Program-made: the position numbers and the translations under genes
From: a virus
Lineage: Duplodnaviria; Heunggongvirae; Uroviricota; Caudoviricetes
DNA: 51,538 nucleotides
Reading direction: 5' to 3' (one strand)
IMG/VR virus record: IMGVR_UViG_3300026078_000021
Span: 1-51,538 of that record
In this document: positions 18,083 to 27,940 of the stretch, in pieces
How the letters are laid out: the number at the start of each line of letters is the position of its first letter
Numbering within the stretch: the stretch's first letter is position 1
The notes under the pieces: generated by a model
What the model saw: only the letters and a program-made list of their open reading frames with translations
Told to the model about the DNA's origin: nothing
Database searches by the model: none

Positions 18083-18831
18083 CAGGAAACCCCCGTCAGA
18101 AGACCGTTGGTGTACGAGAGGGTCCGGGTGGACTGGAACGGGGACGCGGGGTTTTGCGCGGTGGTGTATTCCGTGATGGTTGCCACGCGGCCGAAGGCGT
18201 CGTACGTCAGATGCGTCCAGCGGGCGCCGGAGTCCTCGTAGAGGTACTGGACCTGGCCGCTGGTGCCCTGGTCGTACACCTGGTACATCAGCCCGTAGGT
18301 CTGCGCGTTCCATGTGCTGGCGTCCGTGCTCACCGACGCTCCCGAGGTTTGATTCGAGTGCTGCCAGGCGTAGTAGGCGCTGGCGGTGCCGACCGGGGAG
18401 AGCACGAGCTGGTAGGTCGTGCCGGGGGACAGGCCCGTGACGGCGAGCGGGAACTGGACCCAGAACGAGGAGGAGTACACGTACTGCTCATTCAGCGCGA
18501 CGCTGCCCAGCGCGGTTCCGGCCGGGGCTCCGGCGGAGCTGGCGTACAGCGAGAGGGCCAACGGCGCGATGCTCGCGGTCACCGGGGAACCGCCCACTGT
18601 GCTGACCTGGAGGTACACGGCGCCGACGGTGGTCTGTGAGGAACCGGTGGTGAACGACTGCGCCAGGTACTGGCCTGTGGTCGAGCTGTACACGCCGCTG
18701 CCGGTGCTCTGCGAGGCGCGCGAGACTCCCGCGTACAACCACGTGGAAGTGTGCGTTCCCAGGAACTGGTTGACCTGTCCCGCGTTGGCGGCGCTGCCGG
18801 CCGAGGCCGCCAACCAGTTGGCAACCACCAT
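18082..18831 (-). CDS. Minor tail protein
   Basis: Paralogous to 15596-16318 and to the scaffold of 13247-15574. Confidence 0.7.
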   Translation of the reverse strand: MVVANWLAASAGSAANAGQVNQFLGTHTSTWLYAGVSRASQSTGSGVYSSTTGQYLAQSFTTGSSQTTVGAVYLQVSTVGGSPVTASIAPLALSLYASSAGAPAGTALGSVALNEQYVYSSSFWVQFPLAVTGLSPGTTYQLVLSPVGTASAYYAWQHSNQTSGASVSTDASTWNAQTYGLMYQVYDQGTSGQVQYLYEDSGARWTHLTYDAFGRVATITEYTTAQNPASPFQSTRTLSYTNGLLTGVS

Positions 18832-18839
18832 CTCGTCTC

Positions 18840-19397
18840 CTACGGGCCGAATCCCAGGCTGACCTCCAGGATCAGCGTGTCCGTGGTAGGCACTGTCACC
18901 GTCGGGGAGAACGACCAGTGGTCAACCATCGCGCCGCTGTTCGTGGTCGAGGTGGCGTTGGCGAACATGCCGGCCTCGCCGACCGTCCAGGTCACCGAGG
19001 GCGAGGGGAAGTAGAAAAGCCACGTCGCCTCGCCGGCGATGCTGCTGGTCGCCGGAAACGACGCCCCGGCGCCCACGACGACGCGCCCGAGTTCCGCTTG
19101 CAGCGCGGTGTCGCTCTTGACCACAGCACCAGTGCCAGAGCCCACTGCGCCGTACAGCGGGGTGAGGTACGTGGGGGTGGTCACGCCCAGGGCGCTGGCC
19201 TGGTCCTGAATACCGGACCACACCAAAGCTGAGGCAAGCACCGTGTATCCGGTAGTGCACACTACGTTGTCGCCTTCGCGGCGATCGCGCACGCTGCCGT
19301 CCGGGCGCAGCACCGTGAGGGTCAGGTGCCCGCGCACCGGGACCGGGTCGCGCCCGCTCAGCTCCACAGCACGCTGTTCCACTGTCCCTGGTCCCAT
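18840..19397 (-). CDS. Minor tail protein (alternative start 19367)
   Basis: DNVVCTTG..AVGSGTG..DTALQAELGR..EAGMF..W.F..VTV: phage tail-collar/fibre-type motifs. Confidence 0.65.
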   Translation of the reverse strand: MGPGTVEQRAVELSGRDPVPVRGHLTLTVLRPDGSVRDRREGDNVVCTTGYTVLASALVWSGIQDQASALGVTTPTYLTPLYGAVGSGTGAVVKSDTALQAELGRVVVGAGASFPATSSIAGEATWLFYFPSPSVTWTVGEAGMFANATSTTNSGAMVDHWSFSPTVTVPTTDTLILEVSLGFGP

Positions 19398-19570
19398 CCG
19401 GGGTTGAGGTTCGCGGTGGCGAACGCGCTGTCGGTGACGGTCACGCTCTCGTCGACTTCGGCGAAGTCGCCGAGCCCGTTGATCAATTGCGCGCCGTTGT
19501 TCTGGCCGTTCTGCTGGTTGAGGGTGGCGATCACATCGACGAGGGTGTAGGGGCGCAGTACGCCCGGCAT
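19358..19570 (-). CDS. Small tail-region protein (70 aa)
   Basis: ATG with RBS GGGAGG; MPGVLRPYTLVDVI...GWDQGQWNSVLWS. Confidence 0.55.
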   Translation of the reverse strand: MPGVLRPYTLVDVIATLNQQNGQNNGAQLINGLGDFAEVDESVTVTDSAFATANLNPGWDQGQWNSVLWS

Positions 19571-19580
19571 CCCGACCTCC

Positions 19581-20969
19581 CTAGATGCGCACGGCGGTGA
19601 TCTGGGCCTGGCGGTACCCGCCGTCACCGAAGGTGATCTGGTTGGCGACCACCAGGAACGTGTCGTTGATGCCCCACGAGTAGGAGTTCTGCGAATCCGG
19701 GACGAACCGGTTGATGACCTGGCAGGTCTGCCCGGCACGCACCCACCCCACGAAATCCTCCGTCGTGGTGAACGTGATGCGCTCAGCGGCGAAGGCGTAC
19801 TCGGTGCGTTCGCGTTGCGCGCGTGCGAGCGCCATCGGGACGGTGACCAGGGAGGTGTCGTTGATGTACTCGGCGAACACCCCGCCGTTCGGCCCGTTGT
19901 ACTGCACCTGGCTGGCGCGATCGGACGCCTGCGCGACGATCGGAACCTGATAGTCGTACCAGATTTTGAGCACCGTCCCGGACGCGGGCGCGGCAACGGT
20001 GTTGATCAGGTAGTAGGCGCCGATCGCGTTCTGCACGACCTGCCACTGCGCGGTGGAGGTGGCGCCGGCCGCGACGGTGACGACCTGCGCGACAGCGACA
20101 CCGTTGACGTGCAACACCGGCGTGCCCGTGACGATGAACCGAAGCGGCCAGGAGTTCTGCGTCCCGTTGCCCAGCCACGTGTCGGTCGGCGGGTTGCTGG
20201 TGTGGTAGTAGCGGACCGTCTGGTTCGCGCCCTGAACCAGAATCCTGTTGTGTACGGAGGTGCCGTCCCACTCGTACCCGAAGGTCGAGTCGGCGTAGAA
20301 GTGCCCTTCGGTCAGCGACCCGCCGACGGTGGGGGTGGTGGTGAAGGTCACGCCGGAGGACTGCGCGGTGGTGGAGTCGTAGAAATGCAGGCGCCTATTC
20401 TCGTCCACGTACCAGCCGTAGGGGGTTACCTGCCCGGCCAGGGACGCGAGCCGGCGCCACGCGTCGGACAGTGTGGTGTAGTTCAGCACGAAGCTGGCCA
20501 ACTGCACGCCGGGGGCGACGAACCCGCCGTTCGCGATCTTCGCGGCGGTGATCCCGCAGTTGGCCTGCGCGGTCAGGTCCACCACGATCGCGTCCACGGT
20601 CCACCCGATGTACGTGCCGTGGACGATCGCGTTGTCCGCGTAGCAGGTGTAGTCGGTGCACTGAAGGTCCCACTCGTTGGAGTTCGGGCCTTCCACGCGC
20701 AGCACCGGGTCGTTGATCACCCCCGCGAACAGGCTCACGTTCGCGGTGTTGTCGAACAGCGAGACCTGCGAGAGCACGGGGATGTGGAAGCTCGGGGTGG
20801 TGGTGTACTCGTCGATGAGCGGGATCAGCGCCGTGTCTCCCTGGCGCCCGAAGTTCTGGCTGACCGACAACTGGTTGTTGGCGCCGGCCCACGCCAGGTG
20901 GCTGGTGTAGTCGGTGGGTGAGCCACCTGGCGCGGTGATGGTCAACGTCAGGTTGGGCACGGCGACCAT
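19581..20969 (-). CDS. Tail tip/hub protein
   Basis: Directly after the tape measure; beta-rich; GWYVDENRRLHFY. Confidence 0.7.
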   Translation of the reverse strand: MVAVPNLTLTITAPGGSPTDYTSHLAWAGANNQLSVSQNFGRQGDTALIPLIDEYTTTPSFHIPVLSQVSLFDNTANVSLFAGVINDPVLRVEGPNSNEWDLQCTDYTCYADNAIVHGTYIGWTVDAIVVDLTAQANCGITAAKIANGGFVAPGVQLASFVLNYTTLSDAWRRLASLAGQVTPYGWYVDENRRLHFYDSTTAQSSGVTFTTTPTVGGSLTEGHFYADSTFGYEWDGTSVHNRILVQGANQTVRYYHTSNPPTDTWLGNGTQNSWPLRFIVTGTPVLHVNGVAVAQVVTVAAGATSTAQWQVVQNAIGAYYLINTVAAPASGTVLKIWYDYQVPIVAQASDRASQVQYNGPNGGVFAEYINDTSLVTVPMALARAQRERTEYAFAAERITFTTTEDFVGWVRAGQTCQVINRFVPDSQNSYSWGINDTFLVVANQITFGDGGYRQAQITAVRI

Positions 20970-20973
20970 GGCG

Positions 20974-23900
20974 TCACATCCTGATGAACGCGCCGGCGGC
21001 AGGCAGGGCGCGTGTGGCGATCCGGGAACCGATCTTGTTGACGAGCCGGTCCATGTCGGCGTCGCCCATCACCTGGCTGCCGCGCAGGTCGACGTAGTTG
21101 CTGTAGGTCACGGCCTGCGTGCCGCGTCCCAGGTTGCTGCCGGCCAGAGTGCCGCCGGGCAGGTTGACGTTCGGGTTGATCGACGTGGTGATCGTGCCGG
21201 TGACCTGTTCAAGTTTTTTGCGTAGCGCTTCGGTCTGCGAGTCCAGACCGGTGATCAGGCCCTGCATGATCAGTTGCCCGTTGGCGACCAGCAGGATCTT
21301 GTCCCGCGCCGGCGGACCTTTCCACGAGGTCAGGTCGTGGGTGAAATTGTTGAGCCAGCCCTTCACGGTGCCCACCACGGATTTCAGACCGCCGAGCAGG
21401 CCGTTGAGGATGTCCTGGCCCGCTTTCCACAGCCACGTGCCGGCGTCGCTGAAGAACGAGACGATCGAATGCCACACGTCTTTCAGTGCTTTGCCGATGC
21501 TGCCGAGCGCGGTTTCGATGGCACCGGTAAAACCGCCCCAGATGCTGGAGGCGGCGCTGGCGACCGTGTGGCCGATTTCCCCGAGGATGGTCTTGAAAAA
21601 GCCCCAGACGTTGTTCCAGACGTCTTTCGCGATCTTCTCGACGTCACCCCACAGTTTGCTCCATTTCCCGGTGACCAGGTCGGCGAAGAGTTTGAAGAGG
21701 TCTTTCAGGAAATCCAACGCCGTGTTGATGGTCGTGGTGATCATCGTCCAGACGATTTTCACCGCGCCTTCGATGATGTCCCATCCGGCTTTCAAAGCGC
21801 CTTCGGTGTAGGTGATACCGGCGCTGATCGTCCCGGAAATCAGGTCCCACGCGACCTTCACGATCCCCCAGATGACGTCCCACGCCATGTGGAAAACGCC
21901 CTGGATGAGGTCCCATCCGGCTTTGAAGTAGCCGATCCACGGCAACACGACGATCTTGATCATGTTGGTGATCAGGTTGAGCTGGGAGCGCAGGAAACCC
22001 GAAATAGATTTCCAGTTCTCGGCGATCAGGCTGACGAGTTTCCCGCCGGTCGCGTCCCAGATCGTGGTCAGCGAACCCCAGATCGAGGAAAGATCGTCGC
22101 TGATGCGCTTCCACTCTTTTTCGAGCGGTGCCGCGATGTCCTTCCAAACGCCGGAGAAGAATTTCGCGACGGTGCCGGCGGTGCCTTTCAGCCAGCCCCA
22201 GAAATCCTCGAACCACGCTTTGACGGTTTTCCAGTGGGTGATGATCTCCAGCGCGACGCCGATGACCAGGCCGAGCGGCCCCATCAGCACCGTCAGTGCC
22301 CCGGCGACCAGGTTGACGTGCGCCTTGATCCAGCCCCACGCCTCGGCGGCGGTTTTCTTCAGCCAGCCCCAGAACGCCTCAAGCCATTTCTTGACCGTCG
22401 ACCAGTGCGTGATGATCAGCAGCGCGACCAGAGCGATCGCCGTGATCACCAGGATGATCGGGTTGGCTTCCAGGAACTCCATCGCGACGCTGAGCGCTTC
22501 CATCGCTTCTTTGACCATTTTGATGATCTTCACGACGGACAGGACCGCCACGAGCAGCGTCGCCAGGGCCCCGACGACGCCGAGGATGACGGCGGCGAGT
22601 TTCTGGTGTTTGCTGATCCAATCGGCGATCGGCTGGATGATCTTCATGATCACGTCGAGCAGTTTGGTGACCGCCGGCAGCAACGCGGTCCCGATGCGGA
22701 TCGCCGCGACCTGGACGGTTTCCTTGAACTGCGCGAGTTTCTGGTTGAAGTTGCTTTGGATCAGTTCCCAGCCATTGACGTCCTTGCCCGCGCCTTTCGC
22801 CGCGTCCGCGACCTTCTGGACGTTCTGCTGGAAAAGCTGGCCGTTTTTCGCCGAAAGCATCAGCATCGTGTTCAGGCCCGTGGCGCCGCCGGTCATCTTC
22901 TGCAACGCGGCGTTGAACGTCATCGCGTCCGGCTGCCCGGCTTTAAGCAGGTCGTTGAACCCGTTGGCCTTATCGGCGAGGGTCTGGAACTGCATCATCG
23001 CGTTGCGCTGAATAGGCGGCAGCGCATACAGCGCGTCACGGAACTGCTTGGCCGACATGCCCCCGGACAGGAACGAGTTCGCCAGGGACTGCATCTGCGG
23101 GGTCATCCCGGCGACCATCGCCTTGAGATCCTGCGCCGCCGCCGCCGACTTGTACCAGGTATTCAGCATGACCGTGCCGTTTTTGGTGTGCGCGGCGATC
23201 GCCTGAAGCAGGGTGTTCATCGTCCCGGTCAGGCCGTTCTTACCCAGATCCTGCGACAACTTGTTGCTGTCAATGCCCATCTGCTGCATCATCTGGATCT
23301 GCACGTTGTTCGGCGCCTGAAGCGAGCGGATGGTGTGCGCGAGATCCTGCGACGCCTGCTGCGCGCTCATGCCCTGCGCGGTCATCGTCGCGAGCGCCCC
23401 GCCGACCTGCGAGAAACTCAGGCCGGCGGCGTTGGCCACGGGCAGCACCGCCGACAGCGAAGCGCTCAGCGCCTCGGTGGTCGTCTTGCCGTTCTGCACC
23501 ACCGCGATGAGCTGGTTCATCGCCGCGACCGGCGTACCGACCGACTTGCCGTAGTCCAGCATGATCGTCGTCAGGGCGTTGCTGACAGTGCCCAGATCCG
23601 CGTTCTCCGCCTTCGCGCCCTCGGCTGCGGCTTTGAGAACATCAAGGCCTTTAGCGCCGGTGAAACCGGCGGACCCGATCATGTACATGCCCTTGGTGAG
23701 CTGATCGGTCGCGGTACCGGTGGACTGCGCGATGTTCAGGATGCCGTTGCGCACGGTGGCCAGCAGCGCCCCGGTCTTGTCCATCTCCCCGCCGGAGGTG
23801 GCCAGCACCGTGGTCATCGACTGGAAGCTCGCGGCGGCTTTCGAGGTCAAGAACCCCAGCGCCCCGACACCGATCGCGGTGGTGGCCGCCGCTGTCTTCA

Positions 23901-24453
23901 ATGCGCCGAGCGACGCCGCCCCGAGCCCGCTCTCACTGGACGCAGCGATCTGCGCGTCCTTCATCTCGGCCGTGCGGACCGTGACTTCCCTCTCGGCGAG
24001 CTGAAGGTCATCCAGCGCCTTGATCTGCGTGAGGGTGGCCTCTTTCACCGCCGCCGCCGCCGCGAGCGCGCTTTCCTTGATGACCCGGTAGGAGAACTCC
24101 TCCTCCTCGCTCAGGGCGGTGGTCGCGGCAGCCAGTTCCTCTTCCGCTTCACGCTGCAACGTCGCCCACTCCACCGCCTGCTCCTGCGCGTCACGCACAG
24201 CGGCGTTGGAGGCGGCCAGTTTCTCCTGCGCCGCCGTCTGCAACTCCACGGCCTGCGCATACGCGGCGGCGGACGCCTCGGCTTTGGCGTTGGCGGCGTC
24301 GATCTCCGCCTGGGAGCGGTTGGCCTTCTCGGCGGCCTCGGAGATGGCGTCGCCCATCGCGGTGAACGTCGCCCCGACGCGCCCGAGAATCCCGGACGCC
24401 TTATCAACCGCCTCCAGCAGCAGCAGGATCGTGACTTCCTCTTTGCCCGCCAT
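20974..24453 (-). CDS. Tape measure protein
   Basis: About 1160 aa; MAGKEEVTILLLLEAVDKAS; TP901-type core (KGMYMIGSAG, GGALATMT), TM segments, W/F-periodic repeats. Confidence 0.92.
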   Translation of the reverse strand: MAGKEEVTILLLLEAVDKASGILGRVGATFTAMGDAISEAAEKANRSQAEIDAANAKAEASAAAYAQAVELQTAAQEKLAASNAAVRDAQEQAVEWATLQREAEEELAAATTALSEEEEFSYRVIKESALAAAAAVKEATLTQIKALDDLQLAEREVTVRTAEMKDAQIAASSESGLGAASLGALKTAAATTAIGVGALGFLTSKAAASFQSMTTVLATSGGEMDKTGALLATVRNGILNIAQSTGTATDQLTKGMYMIGSAGFTGAKGLDVLKAAAEGAKAENADLGTVSNALTTIMLDYGKSVGTPVAAMNQLIAVVQNGKTTTEALSASLSAVLPVANAAGLSFSQVGGALATMTAQGMSAQQASQDLAHTIRSLQAPNNVQIQMMQQMGIDSNKLSQDLGKNGLTGTMNTLLQAIAAHTKNGTVMLNTWYKSAAAAQDLKAMVAGMTPQMQSLANSFLSGGMSAKQFRDALYALPPIQRNAMMQFQTLADKANGFNDLLKAGQPDAMTFNAALQKMTGGATGLNTMLMLSAKNGQLFQQNVQKVADAAKGAGKDVNGWELIQSNFNQKLAQFKETVQVAAIRIGTALLPAVTKLLDVIMKIIQPIADWISKHQKLAAVILGVVGALATLLVAVLSVVKIIKMVKEAMEALSVAMEFLEANPIILVITAIALVALLIITHWSTVKKWLEAFWGWLKKTAAEAWGWIKAHVNLVAGALTVLMGPLGLVIGVALEIITHWKTVKAWFEDFWGWLKGTAGTVAKFFSGVWKDIAAPLEKEWKRISDDLSSIWGSLTTIWDATGGKLVSLIAENWKSISGFLRSQLNLITNMIKIVVLPWIGYFKAGWDLIQGVFHMAWDVIWGIVKVAWDLISGTISAGITYTEGALKAGWDIIEGAVKIVWTMITTTINTALDFLKDLFKLFADLVTGKWSKLWGDVEKIAKDVWNNVWGFFKTILGEIGHTVASAASSIWGGFTGAIETALGSIGKALKDVWHSIVSFFSDAGTWLWKAGQDILNGLLGGLKSVVGTVKGWLNNFTHDLTSWKGPPARDKILLVANGQLIMQGLITGLDSQTEALRKKLEQVTGTITTSINPNVNLPGGTLAGSNLGRGTQAVTYSNYVDLRGSQVMGDADMDRLVNKIGSRIATRALPAAGAFIRM

Positions 24454-24733
24454 CCCCGCCGCCCCCCTCGCGTCGCGCGTCGCGTTCGCGGCGCATGTGT
24501 TCGAAGGCGGCCTGCGTCGCATCCGGGTCGCCCCGGGACTGCTGGCTCTGCACGGACCCCTGGATTTCCAGGAACTTCATCACGTCGTTGAAATGCTGGG
24601 GCGTCCATAGAGCCCAGGCGGTCTCCAACGTGAGACCGAAGCGCGTCCACAACGCCTCGCGGGTCCACACCTCGACCGCGAGCGGATGGCTGGAGCGCCC
24701 CGAGTAGGCGGCGCGGCGAAGCTCACTGGCGAA
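24404..24733 (-). CDS. Tail assembly chaperone extension (gpT-like), in the +1 frame
   Basis: GC3-rich frame FASELRRAAYSGRSSHPLAVEVWTREALW...; overlaps the end of the chaperone; no good RBS. Confidence 0.65.
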   Translation of the reverse strand, partial: FASELRRAAYSGRSSHPLAVEVWTREALWTRFGLTLETAWALWTPQHFNDVMKFLEIQGSVQSQQSRGDPDATQAAFEHMRRERDARREGGGGDGGQRGSHDPAAAGGG

Positions 24734-25247
24734 AGTCGGCCTCCGCCTCGGCGTCGCGTTCCTGCCCCTGCTCGGCGATCTGCCCCTCGACCGTCTCGAC
24801 CAGCACGTTGTACGGGCCAGACGGCAGGCGCGTGAGCGAGCGGCGTTTCGCGGACGCGGGGGAGAGCGGCAGCACCTGGTCGTGCTCGTCGGTCAGGTTC
24901 CAGTCCGTGACGGCGAGCATGAGCAGTTCGAGGCGGTAGGCGGCCTGGTCGACGGTGACGGCGGTCTGCACCGCCGTCTCCTGCTCTGGTGCCTCCTCCT
25001 GCGGGTCGCCCTCGGGCAGCAGCTTCCGGCGTGCCGCACGGTTACGAAGCCGTGCGGCCTCGGCCGCGCCCGCCGCTTTGGCGGCGTTACCGGTGCCGGT
25101 GGCACTGATCTGGATGCGCTTGCCTTCTGCCACGTCCAGGTCCGCGCCGGGCAGCGCGGCTTTCAGATCCACCCAGTACGGGCCCTCGCCGCTCGGGGAG
25201 GGCAACTCGACACGCACGGTGCCGGCGAAAGCGGACAGGAACCCCAT
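24723..25247 (-). CDS. Tail assembly chaperone (gpG-like)
   Basis: Between tail tube and tape measure; LAVTDWNLTDEHDQVLP motif; ends DFRQ*. Confidence 0.8.
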   Translation of the reverse strand: MGFLSAFAGTVRVELPSPSGEGPYWVDLKAALPGADLDVAEGKRIQISATGTGNAAKAAGAAEAARLRNRAARRKLLPEGDPQEEAPEQETAVQTAVTVDQAAYRLELLMLAVTDWNLTDEHDQVLPLSPASAKRRSLTRLPSGPYNVLVETVEGQIAEQGQERDAEAEADFRQ

Positions 25248-25265
25248 AGGTTTCCCTTCAGGTCT

Positions 25266-26480
25266 TTATAGTGTGAGGTAGTTCGAATCGATGACGGTCG
25301 CGGAGATCGTCTGGAGGGTGCTCAGGTTCAGGAACGCCTCGTAGGACAGGGACGTCATGATCACGTCTTCCATCTTCACCGCGTCCGTCGCGAGCTTGAT
25401 GTAAACCTTCGGAAGCGTGAAGATGATCGAGCCACCGGACGCCGGGTGCGCAAGCGTGAAGGTCAAAGCGCCGCTGGTGCCGTTGACCATCTGCGTGTAG
25501 TAACCCCACGTCGCGTCGTCCAGACTCGTGAACACCACGTCGATCTTGCCGCTGACGCGGCGGGTGACCGGGGTGAGGAACTGGAGGTTGTGGGAGGCGT
25601 TGAACGTGTACGTGGACACCAGGCCGTTCTCGACATCCATGGAGAAGTCAGTGGCCTGAAGCACACTCTGGCTAAAGAGGCTCACCGTGGCCTCGGCGAA
25701 CACGAACGGCGACTCGTTCACGATCGAGATCGCGGACGGGGAGTCCAGCACGGCGGAGGACTTGGCCACCAGGTCCGCGCTGAACGTCGCCTCGGTGTCA
25801 CCGTTCTGCGTGGAGATGTTGAACTTGTTGATACGCGCGCCGGCGAACTGGAGGCTGTCGAAGCCGCCCAGGTTCTTCTCCACCGTGAACGAGCTGAGGC
25901 TGTTGGCCTGCTGGACGGAGTGCGTGTACGGCGCCACCACACCGATGACCGCGACACCGGTCAGGTGCGCGTACGTCAACGCACTGTCCAACGTCAACGT
26001 GTTGGTGGTGATGTTGGTGATCTTCCGGCATTCCGCCGTCGTCGGCGTCGAGGTGTTGTTCACGTCGATCTGGATGACCTGGTTCTGCGACAACCCGGCG
26101 GCGGAGGTCACCGTGATCGTCGTCGCGCCGGCGGACGACCCGCCGCTCAGCGTCGTCGACCCGGTGCCGACCGTGCCGGTCACCCCGAAGCCGGCCTGCG
26201 CGTCCGGGCCGATCGCGCCGGCGATCAGCATCGCGCCGTTGGACGGGAACAGCGGGGCCGAGAGCGCCCCGGCGAGCTTGTACTGCCCATAGAGGGCAAA
26301 CGTGTTGAGATCCCGCTGGCCGAACATGACCTTCGGGCTGAACAGGCCGACGTCGAGCTGAAGTTCGTTGCCGGTCATCGGCACGAATCCGGTGGGAACC
26401 ACCGGCGTACCGAACGTGGCCTCCCTCGCCAGACCCGTCGCCGACAGCGAGCCATAACGCTCAACAACGGTAGTTGGCAC
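25266..26480 (-). CDS. Major tail (tube) protein with an inserted beta-domain
   Basis: GLAREATFGT..SFTVEK..RRVSGKIDV; GTG start with RBS GTAAAGGAG. Confidence 0.85.
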   Translation of the reverse strand: MPTTVVERYGSLSATGLAREATFGTPVVPTGFVPMTGNELQLDVGLFSPKVMFGQRDLNTFALYGQYKLAGALSAPLFPSNGAMLIAGAIGPDAQAGFGVTGTVGTGSTTLSGGSSAGATTITVTSAAGLSQNQVIQIDVNNTSTPTTAECRKITNITTNTLTLDSALTYAHLTGVAVIGVVAPYTHSVQQANSLSSFTVEKNLGGFDSLQFAGARINKFNISTQNGDTEATFSADLVAKSSAVLDSPSAISIVNESPFVFAEATVSLFSQSVLQATDFSMDVENGLVSTYTFNASHNLQFLTPVTRRVSGKIDVVFTSLDDATWGYYTQMVNGTSGALTFTLAHPASGGSIIFTLPKVYIKLATDAVKMEDVIMTSLSYEAFLNLSTLQTISATVIDSNYLTL

Positions 26481-26514
26481 ACAACTCCTTTACATTCGCT
26501 TGTAGCGTTATGGC

Positions 26515-26820
26515 TTACGGGTGGCGCACGGGCACGTCGTCCGGCACGCTCTCGTCGAGCGGCCACGGCGTGAACAGCCGTACGGTCAGTAGCGCGGGCA
26601 CCAGCCGCGCCGGCGCGGCTACGACCTCACCGGGCGACAACTCACCGAACGGCGACACCACGCGGCCCGGGTCGCCGGTGTAAACCAGCAGCACCCGCCG
26701 CTCAGCGGGCGCCGACGGCGCAGTGTTTTGCGCGGGGGAGAGGTCCACGGCTGGAGCAGGGGCCTGCCCGTCCGCTGTCGGCGCGGCCTCGTCCCGGGCC
26801 GGTTTCTTGGAGGCAGGCAT
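26515..26820 (-). CDS. Hypothetical virion-assembly protein
   Basis: Tight coupling to neighbours; RBS TAAGGAG. Confidence 0.55.
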   Translation of the reverse strand: MPASKKPARDEAAPTADGQAPAPAVDLSPAQNTAPSAPAERRVLLVYTGDPGRVVSPFGELSPGEVVAAPARLVPALLTVRLFTPWPLDESVPDDVPVRHP

Positions 26821-27287
26821 CAGGGCTCCTTAAACAGCTCAGCGAGGGACGCGGTGATCTCCGGCAGCATTCGGTCGGCGACGCGCTGCGGGAACGGGTT
26901 GGGCTGCGCACCGGGATGGTTGACATGCATGCGGAACTGCCAGCCGCCGTAGTCCTCCCACGCCAGCACCCGGGCGCGCACCGGGTCGATGGGGTGCGGC
27001 GGGGTGCCCTCCACCACGTAGCGGGCGTAAGGCAGGTTGGTGTGAAACGCCAGGCGCACCCCGCTGAACGCGGTCTGCCGCTCGTAGCGGATCGAGTCGC
27101 GCAGCGCACCGCCGGTCACCGGCTTGTGCGCGCCCTGCACCGGGGCCTCTTTGCGCAGCTGTGCGAGGATCGGCGGCCCCCAGCGATCCGCCCAGCCCGC
27201 GAGCTTCGCGAACGCCTCGAACCGTTCCAGGAACGTCCTAGCCTTCGAATCGCCGGCCATGCCGACCGCGAGCAGCGGATCGCCCAC
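26820..27287 (-). CDS. HK97 gp10-like tail-completion protein
   Basis: APV..TGGALRDSI..PYARYVVEGT..VNHPGAQPNPF; GTG at 27287 has an RBS. Confidence 0.8.
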   Translation of the reverse strand: MGDPLLAVGMAGDSKARTFLERFEAFAKLAGWADRWGPPILAQLRKEAPVQGAHKPVTGGALRDSIRYERQTAFSGVRLAFHTNLPYARYVVEGTPPHPIDPVRARVLAWEDYGGWQFRMHVNHPGAQPNPFPQRVADRMLPEITASLAELFKEP

Positions 27288-27301
27288 ACGCCCCCTGATG
27301 T

Positions 27302-27805
27302 TCAGGCTTGAATGAGTTCCTCGACCGTGCACGTCACCTTCGCGACATAGCGCAGCATCCGCTGGTCAGCGGTCGAATGCACCGGCGCATAGTCCCAGTC
27401 CATGCGCTCGCCGATCGCCAGCAGCGTGGAAGGGGCGCCGGTCACCGGGTCCACGACGTTCTGCACCGGCATCAACGTGTTGCGCAGCACGGCGGTCACC
27501 GAGTCGATGATCGCCGGGAACAGCGAATCGGCCTGCGCGTCGTCGGCGTACCCGAACCACGTGATCCACAGGTCGATCTTGTGCATGATTTTCTTGAACC
27601 CGCCGGTCGAGTACTGTCCGGGTTTCGCGCGCGGCATGCTCTGGCGCGCCTCGTCCGCCACCGAACCCCAGATGTACACGGTGGGCACCATGCCCTCGCC
27701 CGGGTCCGGCGGCGTGATCACCGCCGTCAGTACGCCCTCACCCAACGGCAGCGGCGTCTGGTCGAGCAGTGACTTGAGGTACTGCTGGACTGTGTTCAGA
27801 GGCAC
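27302..27805 (-). CDS. Putative tail terminator
   Basis: Position in the head-tail module; GTG at 27805 with RBS GAGGGGG. Confidence 0.6.
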   Translation of the reverse strand: MPLNTVQQYLKSLLDQTPLPLGEGVLTAVITPPDPGEGMVPTVYIWGSVADEARQSMPRAKPGQYSTGGFKKIMHKIDLWITWFGYADDAQADSLFPAIIDSVTAVLRNTLMPVQNVVDPVTGAPSTLLAIGERMDWDYAPVHSTADQRMLRYVAKVTCTVEELIQA

Positions 27806-27940
27806 GCCGCACCCCCTCACTTTTCGCGCTTCGCGGTGAGGGTTGGACAAGCGCGGGGCCGGTGTGTATGATTAATCCCATGAGCCCCGGGTGAGCCTCT
27901 GGTTGCATGCGCCCCGGGGCCCAGCCTTGTCCCGGGCACG

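Noticed and set aside
24575-24726. -1 frameshift or GTGA-coupled ORF after the tail chaperone
   Set aside because: No slippery heptamer; the -1 frame has poor codon usage and stops early
27817-27939. 40-aa ORF MPGTRLGPGAHATRG... between adaptor and terminator genes
   Set aside because: Tightly placed but with low GC3 and no motif; not supportable without homologs
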